From: an uncultured Methylobacillus sp.
GTDB taxonomy: Bacteria; Pseudomonadota; Gammaproteobacteria; Burkholderiales; Methylophilaceae
DNA length: 64,000 bases
Direction: 5' to 3'
NCBI GenBank assembly: GCA_964453595.1
Contig: CAYVOQ010000002.1
Coordinates: forward strand, 8,727-72,726
In this document: positions 22,111 to 32,116 of the stretch, one piece after another
Numbering within the stretch: the stretch's first letter is position 1
How the letters are laid out: each line of letters opens with the position of its first letter
Notes under the pieces: generated by a model
Seen by the model: only the letters and a program-made list of their open reading frames with translations
Databases searched by the model: none
Told to the model about the DNA's origin: nothing
Translations under genes and position numbers: made by a program

Positions 22111-22794
22111 TTGAATATGAATTTAGATCAGTTGCAATGGATACCGTTCGCATCCAAAGATGAATTAACAAATCAGTTAAAAGATTATTTAGTGAATTTA
22201 TCTACTGAAAAAATTAATCAAAAAGGCGTTTTTAGCATTATTTTAGCAGGTGGCACAACTCCTGAAAAATTGTATGAACTTCTTAGCAATGAAGTATCGG
22301 TTGATTTTACGAAATGGAAAATTTTTATTGGTGACGAGCGCTGCCTTGATGAAAATGATAAGGAGCGAAATAGTGTGATGGTTATGAGATCATTATTAGG
22401 TAAGGTTGATGCTAAAGAAATTAATTTTTTTCCAATTAATTCAGAAAAAGGTGCTGAGATTGGAGCTTATGAATACAATGAGCTTATAGAGCAACAGGGT
22501 AATTTTGATATTGCTTTATTAGGTATGGGGGAGGATGGTCATACTGCAAGCTTATTTCCCGGTCATACATGGAATGAGGAAAGGTATGTTGTTGCTGTAA
22601 GCAATGCCCCAAAGCCACCTGCAGATAGAATTTCATTAACGCCAAAAGCTTTTAAAAAGTGCAACAATATAATTTTTGTTGTAACAGGGTCTGGAAAAAC
22701 TGATGCCGTTAATAGATGGAAAAACGGTGAATCTTTGCCTGTTTCAGTCATAACTGCTAGTGAAAAAACTCAGGTTTATTTTAATTTAGATTAA
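22111..22794 (+). CDS. pgl: 6-phosphogluconolactonase
   Basis: 227 aa with LAGGTTP, GDERC and LLGMGEDGHTASLFPG. The start is either TTG 22111 or ATG 22117. Divergent from gnd-zwf. Confidence 0.85.
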   Translation: MNMNLDQLQWIPFASKDELTNQLKDYLVNLSTEKINQKGVFSIILAGGTTPEKLYELLSNEVSVDFTKWKIFIGDERCLDENDKERNSVMVMRSLLGKVDAKEINFFPINSEKGAEIGAYEYNELIEQQGNFDIALLGMGEDGHTASLFPGHTWNEERYVVAVSNAPKPPADRISLTPKAFKKCNNIIFVVTGSGKTDAVNRWKNGESLPVSVITASEKTQVYFNLD

Positions 22795-23861
22795 GTTTTT
22801 TCAATTTTTATTTCAGGAAATTTGTTTTTATAATTTGTTTTAAGGTGATCGATTTTCATTGAAATACTAAAAGCTAATTCATTAAAGATTTTGGCTTCTG
22901 GGCTAGCTGGATTTGCAAAAACCTCAGGATTACCACTGTCCATATTTTCTCTAATGCTCATTTTAAGCGGTAAAGCTGCAAGAAAATCTACATGATTTGC
23001 TTGTGCAAGTTCATTGCCACCATTTTTTCCAAAAATTGACTCAATGTGGCCACAGTTAGGACATAAGTACGATGACATATTCTCAATTACTCCTAAATGA
23101 GGAATATTGACTTTATCGAACATTTTAATACTTCTTTGGGCGTCTATTAAAGCTATATCTTGAGGTGTTGTGACTGTAATGGCGGCAGTAACAGGAATTT
23201 TTTGAGCTAAGGTTAATTGAGTGTCTCCAGTTCCAGGAGGCAGGTCAATTAGCAAATAATCAAGCTCTCCCCAATTGGTTTCATTAAGCAATTGTTGGAG
23301 CGTATTTGTAACCATTGGACCTCTCCATATCATTGCAGTATCAGGATCGACTAAAAATCCGATCGACATGAGCTTGATATTATGTGCAAGCACTGGTTCC
23401 ATGCTTTTACCGTCTGCACTATCCGGTCTCATATTTGTTTTACCAAACATAGTTGGTTGACTTGGGCCGTAAATATCAGCATCTAAAATTCCAACTTTAG
23501 ATCCTAATATTGACAATGAAGAAGCGATATTTGAGGTAACTGTTGATTTTCCAACCCCTCCTTTTCCTGAGCTTATCGCTATTATATTTTTAATGCCTTG
23601 AATTGTCTGCGTAGACCCCTGGGTTTGGTGATCTTGTATATCTTGTATTAGCACTATGTCTATTCTTTGATTATTTTCAGGCAGGTGCATTGTGATTAAT
23701 TTTTTTAAATAATCTTCATGTCCTGAAAAGGCAAAACCAAGATTTAATGTAATTTCAATATTTTCATTATTTTCTATGATTTGAATATTTTTTTTCTTAA
23801 ATGGGTTTAATTTAAATTTGGGGTCGTAAATTTTACTAATTATTTCTTTAATATTTTCCAT
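22791..23861 (-). CDS. apbC: Mrp/ApbC/NBP35-family Fe-S cluster carrier ATPase
   Basis: 356 aa with deviant Walker A SGKGGVGKST and CPNCGH (CxxC cluster ligands), plus an N-terminal DUF59-like region. Confidence 0.9.
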   Translation of the reverse strand: MENIKEIISKIYDPKFKLNPFKKKNIQIIENNENIEITLNLGFAFSGHEDYLKKLITMHLPENNQRIDIVLIQDIQDHQTQGSTQTIQGIKNIIAISSGKGGVGKSTVTSNIASSLSILGSKVGILDADIYGPSQPTMFGKTNMRPDSADGKSMEPVLAHNIKLMSIGFLVDPDTAMIWRGPMVTNTLQQLLNETNWGELDYLLIDLPPGTGDTQLTLAQKIPVTAAITVTTPQDIALIDAQRSIKMFDKVNIPHLGVIENMSSYLCPNCGHIESIFGKNGGNELAQANHVDFLAALPLKMSIRENMDSGNPEVFANPASPEAKIFNELAFSISMKIDHLKTNYKNKFPEIKIEKT

Positions 23862-23929
23862 TATATTTAATAGCGTTAGTATTTATCTTTGTTAAAATAG
23901 GATTTCGAAAACATAATTAAGTTTAATCC

Positions 23930-25582
23930 ATGAAAAAAATTGTTGTTACTTCGGCATTGCCTTATGCCAATGGTAGTATACACCTCGGTCATTTAGTTGA
24001 GTATATCCAAACTGATATTTGGGTTCGTTTTCAGCGCATGATGGGTAATGAGGTTTATTACATATGTGCTGACGATACACATGGAACACCAATTATGATT
24101 AAAGCACAAGAGGAGGGCATTGATCCTGAAAACTTGATTGCAAAAGTCCACGCAGAACATAGTAAAGATTTTTCTGATTTTTTTATTTCTTTTGATAATT
24201 TTTACTCTACAAATTCAATTGAGAATGAAGAGATTTCTTCTGAAATATATAAAAAACTGACAAAAAATAATAAAATTTCTAAGAAACAAATAGAACAGTT
24301 TTTTGATGAAGAAAAAAATATGTTCTTACCAGATCGTTTTATTAAAGGCGAGTGTCCAAAATGTAGAACGAAGGACCAATACGGAGACTCTTGTGAGTCT
24401 TGTGGGGCAACATATAATCCAACAGATCTTATTAATCCATTTTCATCTCTTTCAGGAACAGCTCCGGTTTTGAAGAAAACAGAACACTTCTTTTTTAAAC
24501 TCTCTGAATGTGGTGAATTCTTACAAGAATGGTTAGCTAATAATATTTTACAAAAAGAAGCTGAAAATAAAATCAAAGAATGGTTTGATTCAGGTTTGCA
24601 AGATTGGGACATAACTAGAGATGCTCCTTATTTTGGATTTTTAATTCCTGGTGAGTCTGATAAATATTTCTATGTATGGCTTGATGCGCCTATTGGATAT
24701 ATGGCCAGCTTCCAAAATCTTGCAAAAAAAAGAAATCTTAACTTCGATGACTTTTGGAATGCCGATAGCAAGGCAGAGTTATATCATTTTATTGGCAAAG
24801 ATATTTTATATTTTCATGCATTATTCTGGCCTGCAACATTAGAATTTTCAGGATATCGAAAGCCAACTAAAATCTTTGCTCATGGTTTCCTTACAGTAGA
24901 CGGTGAAAAAATGTCTAAGTCACGAGGCACATTTATTACTGCTAGAAGTTTTTTAGATAATATTAAAAATCCCGAATCGCTTAGATATTATTATGCTTCA
25001 AAATTAAATGACTCGATGTCTGATATTGATTTAAATATTGAAGATTTTACCAATAAAGTTAATAGTGACCTTGTTGGAAAACTAATAAATATCGCTAGCC
25101 GTAGTTTTGGATTTTTAAGAAAATTTTATGAAAATGAATTGCTTAATTTTAATCAATTTAAAGACCCTGAGTCTATCGATCTAGTAAATGCCTCTATTGA
25201 TATTAAAACTGAAGTTTTAAAATACTACGAGGAAAGAAACTTTGGTCACAGCATAAGAAGCATCTTTAAAGTAGTTGAGTTAGTTAATGAATATATTAGT
25301 AAAAAGGAGCCTTGGGTTATTGCAAAACAAGAAGGCTTTGATAAACCTGTTTTACATGAAATTCTTTCTGTGGCTGCCTATTCTTTTAGAAATTTTATTA
25401 TTCTTTTATCCCCAGTTTTGCCTGAACTTTCAAAATCTGTATCTTTGTTGTTCAAAGAGAATGATTTTATTTCGTTTGATTCTATTCATGAACAACCATC
25501 AGAGATAATGGAGTTTAAACATTTAATGAAAAGAGTTGAAAAAGAACAGCTTGAAAACATGATTGAAGCAAATAAGAGGTAA
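23930..25582 (+). CDS. metG: methionyl-tRNA synthetase (core enzyme, no C-terminal tRNA-binding/dimerisation domain)
   Basis: 550 aa with the HIGH-type motif HLGH, KMSKS, and zinc knuckles CPKC...CESCG. Confidence 0.95.
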   Translation: MKKIVVTSALPYANGSIHLGHLVEYIQTDIWVRFQRMMGNEVYYICADDTHGTPIMIKAQEEGIDPENLIAKVHAEHSKDFSDFFISFDNFYSTNSIENEEISSEIYKKLTKNNKISKKQIEQFFDEEKNMFLPDRFIKGECPKCRTKDQYGDSCESCGATYNPTDLINPFSSLSGTAPVLKKTEHFFFKLSECGEFLQEWLANNILQKEAENKIKEWFDSGLQDWDITRDAPYFGFLIPGESDKYFYVWLDAPIGYMASFQNLAKKRNLNFDDFWNADSKAELYHFIGKDILYFHALFWPATLEFSGYRKPTKIFAHGFLTVDGEKMSKSRGTFITARSFLDNIKNPESLRYYYASKLNDSMSDIDLNIEDFTNKVNSDLVGKLINIASRSFGFLRKFYENELLNFNQFKDPESIDLVNASIDIKTEVLKYYEERNFGHSIRSIFKVVELVNEYISKKEPWVIAKQEGFDKPVLHEILSVAAYSFRNFIILLSPVLPELSKSVSLLFKENDFISFDSIHEQPSEIMEFKHLMKRVEKEQLENMIEANKR

Positions 25583-26284
25583 TTAAACAGATTTAATCTC
25601 TGTGTTTATTTCTTCTATAAGCCTTTTTGGATCTTCACTTTGTGTTATCGGTCTGCCAATAACTAAATAACTTGATCCTGTTTCGATTGCTTCTTTTGGC
25701 GACAGGGTTCTTTTTTGATCATTACTTTTATCATAAACACCACGAATTCCAGGTGTAACATAAATAAAGTTTTTTGGTAATTCATTATTTATTTTTGAAA
25801 TATCCATCGCAGAGCATACAATTCCGTCTAAACCAGATTTAGCAGTATTTTTTGCTAACATTAATACTTGCTCATCTAATGATGCTTTGTAATTTAGTTC
25901 TTTAAACTTAGTTTCATCAAATGATGTAAGAACGGTAACTGCAATTAATTTTGTCGGGTTGCTATTTGACATTACGCCATTTTTGGCAGCTAGCATCATA
26001 TCTACTCCCCCTGATGCATGAACATTCACCATCCAGACTCCCATTTCAGAAGTTGCCTTACATGCTTTTTCAACTGTTGTTGGGATATCGTGAAATTTCA
26101 AATCTAAAAAGATTTCAAAATTATATTTTTGGATTAAATTAATTGCTTCATGACCTAAACTTGTAAAAAGTTCTTTTCCGACTTTCACTCTACAAGAAGC
26201 GCCTTTTATTTTTTTGAGAATCGCTTCTAGAGAATCTCTATTGTTTGTATCTAAAGCGACAATTATTTTAGGATTTTCTAACAT
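25583..26284 (-). CDS. pyrF: orotidine-5'-phosphate decarboxylase
   Basis: 233 aa with the DLKFHDIP motif, IVALD N-terminus and VIGRPI C-terminal motif. Confidence 0.92.
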   Translation of the reverse strand: MLENPKIIVALDTNNRDSLEAILKKIKGASCRVKVGKELFTSLGHEAINLIQKYNFEIFLDLKFHDIPTTVEKACKATSEMGVWMVNVHASGGVDMMLAAKNGVMSNSNPTKLIAVTVLTSFDETKFKELNYKASLDEQVLMLAKNTAKSGLDGIVCSAMDISKINNELPKNFIYVTPGIRGVYDKSNDQKRTLSPKEAIETGSSYLVIGRPITQSEDPKRLIEEINTEIKSV

Positions 26285-26287
26285 CTG

Positions 26288-27451
26288 TTATTGCTTGATC
26301 TCTTCAGATTCTACAGTCATTGAGTCCCAGCTATTACATGCTGCGCATTGCCAGTGAAATTGTTTAGTTTTAAACCCACATTTTTCACAAATATGAAAAT
26401 ATTTATTCCCTATGGTGTTTTTGATAACTTGTTGAATAATTTCAACATCTTTATTTTTTTTCTGATCAAGCACTTGCGCGCTGTAAAATTGATCAAGATT
26501 TTTAATTGATGGTTCTTTGATTAGATTTTCTCTGGCTATAAGCTCAGCTTTTTTTGGTCCTGCGCTGTCTAAGTAGAACTTATAAATAACATTATCTACA
26601 TTTGATAACCTATAATTTTCTTTGTACCTACTTAATAAAGATAAGCCTTCGTTTTCATTATTAATTTTTTTGTAGCATTCTAAAAGTTGATTTAACACTA
26701 AAGACAAATACAAAGGATTTTGCAATTCAATTTTTTTCCATATTCCGATAGCATTCTTGTAATTTTTTTTATTGTATTCAAATTCTCCAAGAATAATATT
26801 TGCACGACAACAGTCTTTATCTTTTTTTAGTGATTGTTCTAGATATTTGATAGCCTGAACTTCTTTTTTTTCATTTATTTTTTCAACTGCGAGTTCACAT
26901 AAAAAATGAGCAATCGCTTTGTTGTTTGAAAGACCGACCTCTTTTTCGAATTCCTCACTTGTTTTGATAGCAGCATTCCAGTTTCTTTGTTTAATAGCTA
27001 TATCAAGTAGAACTTCTAGCTTAAATTTTTTGTATTTCACTTCTTTTATTTCATTACATAAGGTTTGGCATCGATCATAAAATCCAGCAGCAAAATAGTC
27101 TTGTATGAGTTCAGCTTTTATTGATTCAGATTGTGAATTATTGAGCTCTTTTGAGTTAAGTATTTTTGTGTGAAGATTTATAGATTGGTCTATTTTTCCC
27201 AGTTTTCTTAACAATTGACCTTGTATGATGTGTAATTCTAATGAATCAGGCTTGATGTTTAAAGCTTCATTGAAAGCCACAGTTGCTTCTTCTATGTTTC
27301 CGTGAATGCTATGGTTTAAGCCTTTAAAGTAGGCTGCTGGTAAATCTGTTGTTTCGGATATTATATGTTTGATATCAATTCTTGCTGCAATCCAGCCCAA
27401 GAAAAAGAAAAAGGGAATAATTAATAACCACCAAAATTCAAATTCGACCAT
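26288..27451 (-). CDS. lapB: lipopolysaccharide assembly protein B (TPR plus rubredoxin-like zinc finger)
   Basis: 387 aa with an N-terminal TM, repeated TPR helices, and the C-terminal CEKCGFKTKQFHWQCAACNSWDS typical of LapB/YciM. ihfB-lapB-pyrF synteny. Confidence 0.8.
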   Translation of the reverse strand: MVEFEFWWLLIIPFFFFLGWIAARIDIKHIISETTDLPAAYFKGLNHSIHGNIEEATVAFNEALNIKPDSLELHIIQGQLLRKLGKIDQSINLHTKILNSKELNNSQSESIKAELIQDYFAAGFYDRCQTLCNEIKEVKYKKFKLEVLLDIAIKQRNWNAAIKTSEEFEKEVGLSNNKAIAHFLCELAVEKINEKKEVQAIKYLEQSLKKDKDCCRANIILGEFEYNKKNYKNAIGIWKKIELQNPLYLSLVLNQLLECYKKINNENEGLSLLSRYKENYRLSNVDNVIYKFYLDSAGPKKAELIARENLIKEPSIKNLDQFYSAQVLDQKKNKDVEIIQQVIKNTIGNKYFHICEKCGFKTKQFHWQCAACNSWDSMTVESEEIKQ

Positions 27452-27490
27452 ATCTCAAATGATATCACTGTTGTTTCTTGTGAAAGTATT

Positions 27491-27769
27491 TTATTTGTCT
27501 ACCCTGACTTTAAGTTCTTTTCCAGGTTTGAAATGTGGAACATATTTTTGCGATATTAGAACTTGAGCACCTGTCTTGGGGTTCCTCCCCATTCTTGCTT
27601 TTCTAAGATTCAGGCTAAAGCTACCAAAGCCTCTGATCTCGATTCTTTTTTTACTTGATAGAGACTTAACCATTTCTTCAAAAATATTTCTCACGGCAAT
27701 ATCAATATCTTTTTGATCTAGCCGTGAGAATTTTTTTGATAATCTAATAATTAGCTCTGATTTAGTCAT
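27491..27769 (-). CDS. ihfB: integration host factor subunit beta
   Basis: 92 aa: MTKSELI..., [32 protein letters not shown]. Position after rpsA. Confidence 0.9.
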   Translation of the reverse strand: MTKSELIIRLSKKFSRLDQKDIDIAVRNIFEEMVKSLSSKKRIEIRGFGSFSLNLRKARMGRNPKTGAQVLISQKYVPHFKPGKELKVRVDK

Positions 27770-27778
27770 AACTAAGAA

Positions 27779-29281
27779 TTACTTCTCTGATTTATCATCC
27801 ATTTTTGCTTTAAGAAGAGCGCCTAAGTTAGTAGTTCCTGCATTATCTGGCTCGTCTGAAGCTTTAGTTTTTTTAGTTTCTTTTTTAGCTTCTGGAGCTT
27901 TTTCTTCTTCAGTTTGATGAATTTGTTTAATACCTAAAGAAATTCTTTCTTTATCAACATCAATTGCTAAAATTTTAGCTTCAATTTCATCACCTTTTTT
28001 ATAGTCTTTAACTGCTTCTTCACCAGTTTTATCTGCTGAGATGTCAGACATATGGATTAGGCCATCAATATTGCCAGCAAGTCCAATAAATATTCCAAAA
28101 TCCGTGATTGATTTAATCTGACCTTTGATTAAGTCTCCTTGTTTGTTTGAACTTTCAAATTGTTGCCATGGATTTTCTTGACATTGCTTAATTCCAAGAG
28201 ATAAACGTCTCTTTTGTTCATCAATTTCTAAAACCATTACTTCAACTTCATCTCCTAGGTGAACAACTTTAGTTGGATGAATGTTTCTATTAGTCCAATC
28301 CATTTCTGAAACATGAACCAAACCTTCGATACCATTTTCAATCTCAATAAATGCGCCATAGTCTGTTAAGTTAGAAACTTTGCCAAATATTCTTGTGTTT
28401 ACTGGGTACCTTCTTTCAACTCCAACCCATGGATCATCGTCAAGTTGTTTTAGGCCAAGGGATACTCTATTTTTCTCTTGATCATATTTTAAAACTTTTG
28501 CTTCAACCTCATCGCCAACACTTAATACTTCAGATGGATGTTTGATACGTTTCCAAGCCAAGTCAGTAATATGAAGAAGACCATCAATTCCACCTAAATC
28601 AACAAATGCACCATAGTCAGTAATGTTTTTAATCAATCCTTTAACAATTGATCCGTCTTTAAGGTTTTCTAAAACACTATCTCGGTCCGCACCATTTTGT
28701 TCCTCAAGAACGGCTTTACGCGAAACAACAATATTGTTTCTTTTTTTGTCTATCTTGATAACTTTAAATTCACTTTCTTTGTTTTCATATGGAGAAGTGT
28801 CTTTAACAGGTCGGTAATCTACAAGTGAGCCAGGTAAGAATGCAGTAATACCATTAACAGAAACGCGTAAACCCCCTTTAACTCTAGTGCTTATGAAACC
28901 CGTAACTGTTTCTTTATCATTCATTGCTTTTTCAAGATCTTCCCATGCTTGTATTTTTTTGGCTTTTTCTCTTGAAAGTATTGTTGAGCCATAGCCATCT
29001 TCAAGTTTTTCAATAGCAACTTTTACAAAATCTCCAATCTTTACCTCTAATTCGCCTTTATCGTTATGAAATTCTTCTGCTCGAATTACGCTTTCTGATT
29101 TTAATCCTGCATTTGTTATAACGAAGTCATCATCAATTGAAATAACTTCTGCAGTAATAATTTCACCAGGTTTCATGACTTTTAGTGCCATGCTTTCCTC
29201 AAAAAGGGCTGCAAAAGATTCTGTATTTGTTTTTGTTGTATTTGTTTTGTTAAGTGTTGCCATTAAATTTTCCAATCCCAT
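27779..29281 (-). CDS. rpsA: 30S ribosomal protein S1 (five S1 domains)
   Basis: Up to 500 aa. Contains [10 protein letters not shown], as in E. coli S1, and repeated S1 motifs (e.g. [31 protein letters not shown]). The start may instead be the ATG at 29263 (MATLNK...). Confidence 0.93.
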   Translation of the reverse strand: MGLENLMATLNKTNTTKTNTESFAALFEESMALKVMKPGEIITAEVISIDDDFVITNAGLKSESVIRAEEFHNDKGELEVKIGDFVKVAIEKLEDGYGSTILSREKAKKIQAWEDLEKAMNDKETVTGFISTRVKGGLRVSVNGITAFLPGSLVDYRPVKDTSPYENKESEFKVIKIDKKRNNIVVSRKAVLEEQNGADRDSVLENLKDGSIVKGLIKNITDYGAFVDLGGIDGLLHITDLAWKRIKHPSEVLSVGDEVEAKVLKYDQEKNRVSLGLKQLDDDPWVGVERRYPVNTRIFGKVSNLTDYGAFIEIENGIEGLVHVSEMDWTNRNIHPTKVVHLGDEVEVMVLEIDEQKRRLSLGIKQCQENPWQQFESSNKQGDLIKGQIKSITDFGIFIGLAGNIDGLIHMSDISADKTGEEAVKDYKKGDEIEAKILAIDVDKERISLGIKQIHQTEEEKAPEAKKETKKTKASDEPDNAGTTNLGALLKAKMDDKSEK

Positions 29282-29296
29282 CTAGCAATGGGGTAG

Positions 29297-29977
29297 TTAA
29301 GAATTGTTGATAGTTTGAGAGCTACCAACCCCTGTATTTTGTTTGTAGAGAGTTTTTATTTTTTCACATACCTCATTGATGCTAAGATATGTTGTGTCAA
29401 TTACAAAAGCCTCACTACTGGGAACTAGCGGAGAGATTTTTCTATTAGTGTCTCGTGCATCCCTGTCTTGAATTTCTTTTTCAAGGTCGGTGATATTAAC
29501 ATCTATTTCTTTTGAAATCAACTGCTTATATCTTCTTTGAGCTCTTTCTTGTACGCTTGCCGTTAGAAATATTTTAAGCTCGGCCTCTGGAAAAACTACC
29601 GTACCCATATCTCTTCCATCAGCAATCAAACCAGGTTCTTGAATAAAACCCCTTTGGAAGTCAAAAATTAAATCTCTTATCAATGGTATAGCTGATATTT
29701 TGGAAGCGAGAATACTAATATTCTCTGTGCGAATTTCATTACTAATATCCTCCTCATCGAGCATTACAGAGTCTGCTGAGAAGCGAATATTTATATTATG
29801 CAAATCTTTCTTAAGTTTCTGTTCGTCTTCAGGATTGATGTTATCTTTATTGATTTTATGGGCAATAACTCTATAAATTGCACCGGAGTCAAGATAATTA
29901 AAGCCAAGTTCTTTAGCCAGTATTTTTGCGATCGTGCCTTTACCAGAACCGGCTGGCCCATCAATCGTTATTATCAT
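29297..29977 (-). CDS. cmk: cytidylate kinase
   Basis: 226 aa with P-loop GPAGSGKGT and the DSGAIYR motif. aroA-cmk-rpsA synteny. Confidence 0.93.
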   Translation of the reverse strand: MIITIDGPAGSGKGTIAKILAKELGFNYLDSGAIYRVIAHKINKDNINPEDEQKLKKDLHNINIRFSADSVMLDEEDISNEIRTENISILASKISAIPLIRDLIFDFQRGFIQEPGLIADGRDMGTVVFPEAELKIFLTASVQERAQRRYKQLISKEIDVNITDLEKEIQDRDARDTNRKISPLVPSSEAFVIDTTYLSINEVCEKIKTLYKQNTGVGSSQTINNS

Positions 29978-31263
29978 GAAATATACTCTTCAAAGTCATT
30001 GAAATAATCTGGGTAAGTCTTATTAACACATCCCGGATCATTAATTGTAATATCTCCTAAAAAGCTTGCTAATGAAAAACTCATAGCCATTCTATGGTCA
30101 TTGTATGTATCAATTTTGATATTATCTTTAAAAGTAAGACCTCTAGACACTTGAATTGAATTGTTATCAAACTCGACCTTAGCACCAAGTTTTGTTAATT
30201 CATTTGCCATAGCAAGTATACGATCCGTTTCTTTTACTTTCCAACTTTTTATATTGATCAATTTCACAGGTTCGTTTGTAAAAAGACCAAGAACTGCAAG
30301 TGACATAGCAGCATCAGGAATATTGATACAGTCAAAAATCCCTCCAGATAAACTTTTATCTTTTTTTACTGATATAGAATTTTTTTTGTAAGAGACGGAT
30401 GCGCCCATTTGGCTTAAGTAGTCCAGAAATTTTATATCTCCTTGTATAGAATTTTGATTAAGGTTCTCGATTGTGATTTCACCATTGATTGCTGCTGCAG
30501 CAAAAAAATATGATGCAGAGGAGGCGTCGGGTTCAATAATTAGCTCTTTATCGCATAGGTATAAATCTTCTATATTTTTTAAAGAAAAGCTTTTGAAATT
30601 ATTATTTACATAAAAAATGTTAAACATTTCAAGCAACTTTAGGGTTAACTCAATGTAGGGTTTTGAAATCAGATCCCCATCGATATTGATGGTAATCTCT
30701 CTTTCTAAAAGTGGAAGTGCCATCAAAAGACTTGATAGATATTGGCTAGAAATATTTCCTTTAACATTAATAATTTTTGTATCATTTATTTTTGGACTAA
30801 TTATTTCTAGAGGTGGATATCCTTCTTGTTTTAGATAATTAATATTTGCTCCCAATTGAACAAGGGCATCTACTAAATCCTTTATTGGCCTCTCATGCAT
30901 TCTTTGAATACCTTCGAGTTTGTAATTACAGTTCTTCTGCAATGCAAGCGCCGCCGTTAATGGTCGAAAAGCAGTTCCTGCATTTCCCAAAAATAAGTTT
31001 GAATTTTGGTTAGGAAATTTCTTTGCAACCCCTTTGATATTAATAGTTTTCTCAGTTTTATTAAGCTGAAAATTTACACCTAAATTACTAAGGGCATTCA
31101 TCATCATTTCCGAATCTTCTGAAAGTAGGATATTTTTAATTATTACTTCATTTGAAGACAGTGCTGATAGGAGCAGGGCTCTATTTGTGATACTTTTTGA
31201 GCCTGGCGGTGAAAACGTCCCTTTGGTTATTTTTTTCTTTTTTAGTTTGAGCTCATTTGTCAT
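29974..31263 (-). CDS. aroA: 3-phosphoshikimate 1-carboxyvinyltransferase (EPSP synthase)
   Basis: 429 aa with PGSKSITNRALLLSAL, LGNAGTAFRPL and DHRMAM. Confidence 0.93.
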   Translation of the reverse strand: MTNELKLKKKKITKGTFSPPGSKSITNRALLLSALSSNEVIIKNILLSEDSEMMMNALSNLGVNFQLNKTEKTINIKGVAKKFPNQNSNLFLGNAGTAFRPLTAALALQKNCNYKLEGIQRMHERPIKDLVDALVQLGANINYLKQEGYPPLEIISPKINDTKIINVKGNISSQYLSSLLMALPLLEREITINIDGDLISKPYIELTLKLLEMFNIFYVNNNFKSFSLKNIEDLYLCDKELIIEPDASSASYFFAAAAINGEITIENLNQNSIQGDIKFLDYLSQMGASVSYKKNSISVKKDKSLSGGIFDCINIPDAAMSLAVLGLFTNEPVKLINIKSWKVKETDRILAMANELTKLGAKVEFDNNSIQVSRGLTFKDNIKIDTYNDHRMAMSFSLASFLGDITINDPGCVNKTYPDYFNDFEEYIS

Positions 31264-31270
31264 TTGATGT

Positions 31271-32116
31271 TTATTTTTTCCAATTTTTTCGCGTCTGACT
31301 TGCTCTCGAAATAAATTCTTTTAAATCCTGGTCTGACTCCATAGACGTTATAAACTGGTCTATAAGTTCTTTGAAATTTTGCAGATTATCTATACAAAAA
31401 CTTTTATTATTCTGAAAGATATCTAACCACATTTCTGGAGAACTTCCGGCTATTCTTGTAAAGTCTTTAAATCCACTTGCTGCATAGTTTAGTAAATCAT
31501 CAGCATTATTTTTTTGGTTAATCAAATTCATAAAGATAAAAGACAGGGCATGAGGAAGGTGACTAACTGTTGAAAAAATACTGTCATGATCATTGGCGTT
31601 CATCTCAATTACTTTACAGCCAATTTTCTGCCAAAAATCATTAATAAAGAGCAAAGTCTCTTTTTTGTTTGATTCATGGGGAGTTACAATTACCGTTTTA
31701 TTGTCAAACAAGGATTCAAAGGCCGCCTCTGGCCCATGTTTTTCAGATCCTGCAATAGGATGCGACCCAACAAAATTTGTATATTTATCACCTAAGATTT
31801 TTTTTGCAGATTTTAATACTGATTCTTTAGTGCTGCCCACATCTGTAATTATCGTGTTCTGATCAATGTAAGGTTCAATTTTTTTTAAAATGTCTTCGAA
31901 CTGACCAATTGGGGTTGCAAGGATGATGAGGTCAGAATTTTTGATATCCTCAAGATTACTTGTAAGTTTTTTAACTAATTTTAATGCTTCAATTTTGTCA
32001 AAATTATTATTATTGCGCGTTAGTCCTATAACTTGATCAGCAAGATTGTTCTTTTGGGATATTAATCCAATTGAGCCGCCAAGAAGACCTAGGCCAAAAA
32101 TAGTAATCTTATTCAT
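31271..32116 (-). CDS. tyrA: prephenate (or arogenate) dehydrogenase
   Basis: 281 aa with Rossmann motif GLGLLGGSIG and catalytic His context GSHPIAG. Directly upstream of aroA. Confidence 0.85.
   Translation of the reverse strand: MNKITIFGLGLLGGSIGLISQKNNLADQVIGLTRNNNNFDKIEALKLVKKLTSNLEDIKNSDLIILATPIGQFEDILKKIEPYIDQNTIITDVGSTKESVLKSAKKILGDKYTNFVGSHPIAGSEKHGPEAAFESLFDNKTVIVTPHESNKKETLLFINDFWQKIGCKVIEMNANDHDSIFSTVSHLPHALSFIFMNLINQKNNADDLLNYAASGFKDFTRIAGSSPEMWLDIFQNNKSFCIDNLQNFKELIDQFITSMESDQDLKEFISRASQTRKNWKK

Noticed and set aside
21968-22171. A 68-codon N-terminal extension of gnd in the ORF track, overlapping the pgl start on the opposite strand.
   Set aside because: The extension is low-complexity and unlike any 6PGDH N-terminus. 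The conserved Rossmann N-terminus MKIAMLGLGKMGG begins at ATG 21967 with an AGGAA ribosome-binding site. Trimming restores a normal 143-bp divergent promoter region.
24202-24612. A 136-aa antisense ORF inside metG. Similar antisense ORFs occur at 50859-51284 (141 aa) and 51588-51908 (106 aa) inside mfd, and there are many 60-95-aa ones elsewhere.
   Set aside because: All lie wholly within strongly conserved genes on the opposite strand. Their products are low-complexity and rich in S, L and F. They have no start context or recognisable motifs. They are shadow ORFs created by the codon bias of the sense gene.
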